Assembly (NCBI GenBank): GCA_963699305.1
Contig: OY969431.1
Span: 1,076,911-1,140,910 of the forward strand
Source of the DNA: an uncultured Chloroflexia bacterium
GTDB lineage: Bacteria > Chloroflexota > Anaerolineae > Anaerolineales > Anaerolineaceae
Direction: 5' to 3'
Length of the DNA stretch: 64,000 bases
Of the stretch, positions 60,804 through 64,000 are shown in pieces (the first letter of the stretch is position 1; the number at the start of each line of letters is the position of its first letter). The translations under genes and the position numbers were made by a program. The notes under the pieces were generated by a model that ran no database searches, was not told the DNA's origin, and saw only the letters and a list, made by a program, of their open reading frames with translations.

Positions 60804-60838
60804 AAAAACAGGTCAGGAAAAACTCCCGACCTGTTTTT
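60804..60838. terminator. bidirectional intrinsic terminator
   Basis: AAAAACAGGTC...GACCTGTTTTT: an 11-nt inverted repeat with A and T tracts, between convergent genes. Confidence 0.75.
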
Positions 60839-60846
60839 GTTGAATG

Positions 60847-61218
60847 CTAACTTGGCAAAAGCCAGCGTCCTATTGCAACACCTACGCTTAAAGTAAACAG
60901 GATGATGCTCGCAAATATTTTTGGTTTTTCACGGCATCGGATATGGAAAAAAATAGCCACGAGCATGAAAACCGCCAGGATCAAAGCAATGATCGGTGTC
61001 AACCACAACAGCTTGCTAATCACCCCGGGCAAGACCAGCCCTATGCATCCGAGAAAAACGAGTATCGCTGTTCCGATGAGCACGGGTTTTGCTGCTCTCC
61101 CCATATTTTGTATTGCCTGCTCCATTTCCTTCTTAGGATGCTGAACTCCGTGCGTAAATGCTACAGATAGTAGTTTGATGCTGATAATTGCTTGCACAAT
61201 CCATAATACAATGTCCAT
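60847..61218 (-). CDS. DoxX-like membrane protein
   Basis: About 123 aa with 4 TM helices. The start is at MDIVLWIVQAIISIKLL. Confidence 0.5.
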   Translation of the reverse strand: MDIVLWIVQAIISIKLLSVAFTHGVQHPKKEMEQAIQNMGRAAKPVLIGTAILVFLGCIGLVLPGVISKLLWLTPIIALILAVFMLVAIFFHIRCREKPKIFASIILFTLSVGVAIGRWLLPS

Positions 61219-61294
61219 GAAAACTCCTAAGTTCGGTTGAATTGATTTAAATTCAGTAATAATCCCTTGCAAACGAAATTTACAAAATTAAGGT

Positions 61295-62200
61295 TCATTT
61301 TCGAAGATATTGCAATGCCATGAAAGTAAATACAGGAAGATCACTGATAAAATGCATTACGATTGCCCAAAAAGAACCTTTTGTCTCCAACATGCTTTTT
61401 CCGTACAAATAAGCAGCCAGGCTGATGAGAAGGAATCCAATAATCCCTTGCGGACTCCCATTGATCACGTGGGCAAGACCAAAGAATACAGAAGATAACC
61501 ACAAAGAGTGTTGCTTTCCAATGACATCATGCGAACTGGCCAATAATGGGGCACGAAATGTCAATTCTTCAGTGATTGCATTTAGCGCAGACAAAAGGAT
61601 GATTGCGGGCATCAAAGGCAATACAATACCAATCTGCCGCATCACGGGAAAATAAGCAAGAAAGAGGAACAGAAGCATCCCAACTGCAAAAACACCGGCG
61701 AAGATCCATGCGAAAGCTGTCCATTTCTTTCCTTTCTTAATCCCTAGCCAGGGTACTTTTTCAAGCTCCGCATCTACTTGCCCTTTTACAAAAAAAAGTG
61801 CACTCCAATTGCGTTTCACTAGGAAAAAGACTCCGAGAACAAATATCAATGCCACCAATCCTCCGATTTGGGAACCAAGATGTCCCAACACCCAGGTTGG
61901 CGGTGTCCCAAACAAGTTCACCCACCAATCGAACGGGCTGATCCGATTGGCGATAAAAAATACTAAAAAATAAAAACCGATCAACCATAGAGGTTTCATC
62001 TTCTTTATAAACAGACAAACCAAAATAAAAAGGATATCTGCTGCCACTTTCACGTAAATCAGCCAGTGTGGAATTGCAATTCCAATATACTGCAAAACAA
62101 TATCAGGCAGGTCAGAAACTGAGAGCATTAATCCCCAGGCAAAAAGGATCAACAACGTATTTGAGTGGTTCGAGAGTGATTTTGTTTCGTTGCTTTGCAT
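61295..62200 (-). CDS. CPBP-family intramembrane glutamic endopeptidase (CAAX protease/Abi)
   Basis: EELTFRAPLL (the EExxxR motif) and FFGLAHV (the FxxxH motif) in a multi-TM protein. Confidence 0.8.
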   Translation of the reverse strand: MQSNETKSLSNHSNTLLILFAWGLMLSVSDLPDIVLQYIGIAIPHWLIYVKVAADILFILVCLFIKKMKPLWLIGFYFLVFFIANRISPFDWWVNLFGTPPTWVLGHLGSQIGGLVALIFVLGVFFLVKRNWSALFFVKGQVDAELEKVPWLGIKKGKKWTAFAWIFAGVFAVGMLLFLFLAYFPVMRQIGIVLPLMPAIILLSALNAITEELTFRAPLLASSHDVIGKQHSLWLSSVFFGLAHVINGSPQGIIGFLLISLAAYLYGKSMLETKGSFWAIVMHFISDLPVFTFMALQYLRK

Positions 62201-62347
62201 AATATTTTTTCCTCCCCGATACTAACGATTCACGCATGAGAATAGCATTTTCGTCTACGAAGCTTTACATGTTGATGATTATTGCATAATTTATTTATTA
62301 TTTCAACACAAAACCCGGCACAACAATTATGGTAAACTTTCTTCACC

Positions 62348-63340
62348 ATGAAGGATTTTTTTAAATCAACTGCAATAGCACACCCAAATATCGCGTTTAT
62401 CAAATACTGGGGAGTCAGGGACGCGTATATCCATCTCCCAGCGAATGGCTCCATTTCCATGAATCTTGCGGAGTTGTATACACAGGTTAAAATCACATTC
62501 GACGTAAAATTTAGAAATGACGAACTATTGATCGATGGTAAACAGGCAACCTTCCCCCAATCGGAAAGAATGTTTACTTTTCTATCCCATGGTAGAAAGT
62601 TCGCTGGGTTAAACTTGTTTGCCCGGGTGGAGACATCCAGTAATTTCCCGATGAGTGCTGGGATTGCCTCTTCAGCTTCTGTGTTTGCTGCTTCAGCGGT
62701 TGCATTGAATTCTGCTCTCGATCTCAACCTGGGTCAAACCGCCCTTTCCCGTCTCGCCAGGCTTGGATCAGGTTCTGCCTGTCGTTCCATCCCGCCGGGA
62801 TTCGTCGAGTGGGAATCTGGCAAGGATGATCAGAGTTCATACGCAGAATCCATTTTTTCTCCCGAATATTGGGACTTGGTTGATTGTATTGCGATTATTC
62901 AGAAGGGTGGTAAAAAAGTCAGTTCAATTGAAGGTCATTCGCTGGCATCAACGAGCCCTCTGCAAATCAGCCGGGTTTCAGATGCACCCCGTCGATTGGA
63001 TATCTGTCGCCAAGCGATCCGTGACCGTGACTTTTCGGCTTTGGCTGAAATCGTCGAGTTGGACAGCAATTGGATGCACGCTGTGATGATGACTTCCAAT
63101 CCTCCACTTTTCTATTGGGATCCAACGACCCTCGTTGTAATGAAGGCAATATGCGAATCACGTAAAGCGGATTTACCTGTCTGTTATACGGTCGATGCTG
63201 GTCCCAATGTTCATGTCATCACCGTTTCAGATGCAGCTGCAAAAGTCCAGAAGCTTTTGCATTCCATCCCTGGAATTCAAGATGTCCTCGTTTGTCATCC
63301 GGGTGGAGCTGCAAAGCGTGAGGAATCAGAAGCTTCATGA
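62348..63340 (+). CDS. mvaD: GHMP-family mevalonate-pathway decarboxylase (diphospho- or phosphomevalonate decarboxylase)
   Basis: AHPNIAFIKYWG, SNFPMSAGIASSASVFAA and ARLGSGSACRS motifs. Confidence 0.85.
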   Translation: MKDFFKSTAIAHPNIAFIKYWGVRDAYIHLPANGSISMNLAELYTQVKITFDVKFRNDELLIDGKQATFPQSERMFTFLSHGRKFAGLNLFARVETSSNFPMSAGIASSASVFAASAVALNSALDLNLGQTALSRLARLGSGSACRSIPPGFVEWESGKDDQSSYAESIFSPEYWDLVDCIAIIQKGGKKVSSIEGHSLASTSPLQISRVSDAPRRLDICRQAIRDRDFSALAEIVELDSNWMHAVMMTSNPPLFYWDPTTLVVMKAICESRKADLPVCYTVDAGPNVHVITVSDAAAKVQKLLHSIPGIQDVLVCHPGGAAKREESEAS

Positions 63341-63347
63341 TTTTCGT

Positions 63348-63381
63348 ATCCGATTCATAGACTGGGTTCGCTGAATCGGAT
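63348..63381 (+). terminator. possible terminator stem-loop after mvaD
   Basis: ATCCGATTCA-14 nt-TGAATCGGAT followed by TTTATAAT. That TATAAT could also serve as a -10 element for rseP. Confidence 0.4.
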
Positions 63382-63424
63382 TTATAATGCAACTTCATTT
63401 TCATTGGTATATCAGGATAAATAT

Positions 63425-64000
63425 ATGAGTACTATTGTCGTCACAATTTTGCAGTTCGCCATTTCTCTCAGTCTCTTGATGTTCTTTCATGAGTTGGGAC
63501 ATTTCTTGGTTTCCAGGCTTTTCAAGATCGAGGTAGAGGAATTTGGTTTTGGATTTCCTCCGCGCATGTTGAAACTCTTCACTGTTAAAGGCACCCTGTT
63601 TTCGCTCAATTGGATCCCTTTTGGGGCTTTTGTTCGTCCCAAGGGTGAAAATGATCCATCTGTTCCTGGTGGCATGGCCTCAGCCAAAGCCTGGAAGCGA
63701 TTGCTGGTCCTTTTGGCAGGTCCAGTGATGAACCTGCTTGTGGGTATTGTCATCATGAGTACCGTCATCAGCCGCACGGGTGCACCCGATACCAGCAAGG
63801 TTCAAATCGTGCAGATCCTCCCGGCTTCTCCTGCGGAAACTTCCGGCATGCAGGTTGGGGATATGATTCAGAAAGTCGCGGGACAAACAATTTCTGGAAT
63901 GGACCAGGTCGGATTGATCACCAAACAAAATTTGGGCAAGTCCTTAGCCATAACCGTTCTTCGCAATGATCAAGAAATAAATTTATCTCTCATTCCACGG
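63425..64000 (+). CDS. rseP: RIP site-2 metalloprotease RseP (M50); 5' part, the gene runs off the right edge
   Basis: My own translation from the ATG at 63425 gives MSTIVVTILQFAISLSLLMFFHELGHFLVSRLFKIEVEEFGFGFPP...LAGPVMN... and a PDZ-like segment (ILPASPAETSGMQVGDMIQKVAG). The HExxH motif lies in TM1. Confidence 0.85.
   Translation, partial: MSTIVVTILQFAISLSLLMFFHELGHFLVSRLFKIEVEEFGFGFPPRMLKLFTVKGTLFSLNWIPFGAFVRPKGENDPSVPGGMASAKAWKRLLVLLAGPVMNLLVGIVIMSTVISRTGAPDTSKVQIVQILPASPAETSGMQVGDMIQKVAGQTISGMDQVGLITKQNLGKSLAITVLRNDQEINLSLIPR

Overview
The window is a gene-dense bacterial chromosomal segment with about 65 protein genes, 3 tRNAs and 1 T-box leader. I found no transposase, integrase, CRISPR array or rRNA. 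The protein families suggest a Chloroflexota/Anaerolineae-like organism, but that is only an impression from protein similarity and I cannot verify it here.

Gene content from left to right:
- **1-9.2 kb:** leuS behind a Leu T-box and two tandem tRNA-Ala genes, then ArsR, an M24 peptidase, an esterase, an MFS transporter, an MBL hydrolase and the recX-rny pair.
- **9.5-17.5 kb:** an AT-richer cell-surface sugar cluster. It holds rfbB, rfbA, two ArnC/GtrB-like GT2 enzymes, an ArnE/F-like small membrane protein, a methyltransferase, a WbqC-like protein, an unknown protein and a WecE-type aminotransferase.
- **18-29 kb:** a PfkB kinase, a GAF-PAS nucleotidyl cyclase coupled to a TgpA-like transglutaminase, PAP2 and YtxH, and a Wzz / O-antigen-ligase-like / gluzincin protease operon.
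- **29-39.6 kb:** housekeeping genes nadD, obg, argS, rpsT, pgk, gap and yvcK.
- **39.6-46.0 kb (the standout):** a GntR-regulated bacterial microcompartment (BMC) locus. Shell genes are 1 BMC-H, 1 tandem BMC-T and 3 BMC-P. Cargo is RpiB, DeoC and an acylating aldehyde dehydrogenase. All three cargo enzymes carry encapsulation-peptide-like terminal helices. No PduL-type phosphotransacylase or alcohol dehydrogenase is visible.
- **46-64 kb:** tRNA-Thr, a GT4 enzyme, dinB, a threonine-synthase-like enzyme, a polysaccharide deacetylase, an orphan two-gene group-3-like [NiFe]-hydrogenase, pepT, yjbQ, a GNAT protein, a GPH transporter, a GT-C-like membrane protein, DoxX, a CPBP protease, a mevalonate-pathway decarboxylase and the 5' part of rseP.

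Technical caveat: at least 10 genes are split by single-nucleotide frameshifts at short homopolymers. They include the essential leuS and obg, and the BMC aldehyde dehydrogenase is hit twice. This looks like consensus or assembly error rather than gene decay.

All calls come from reading the supplied translations and the DNA by eye. No database search was run.
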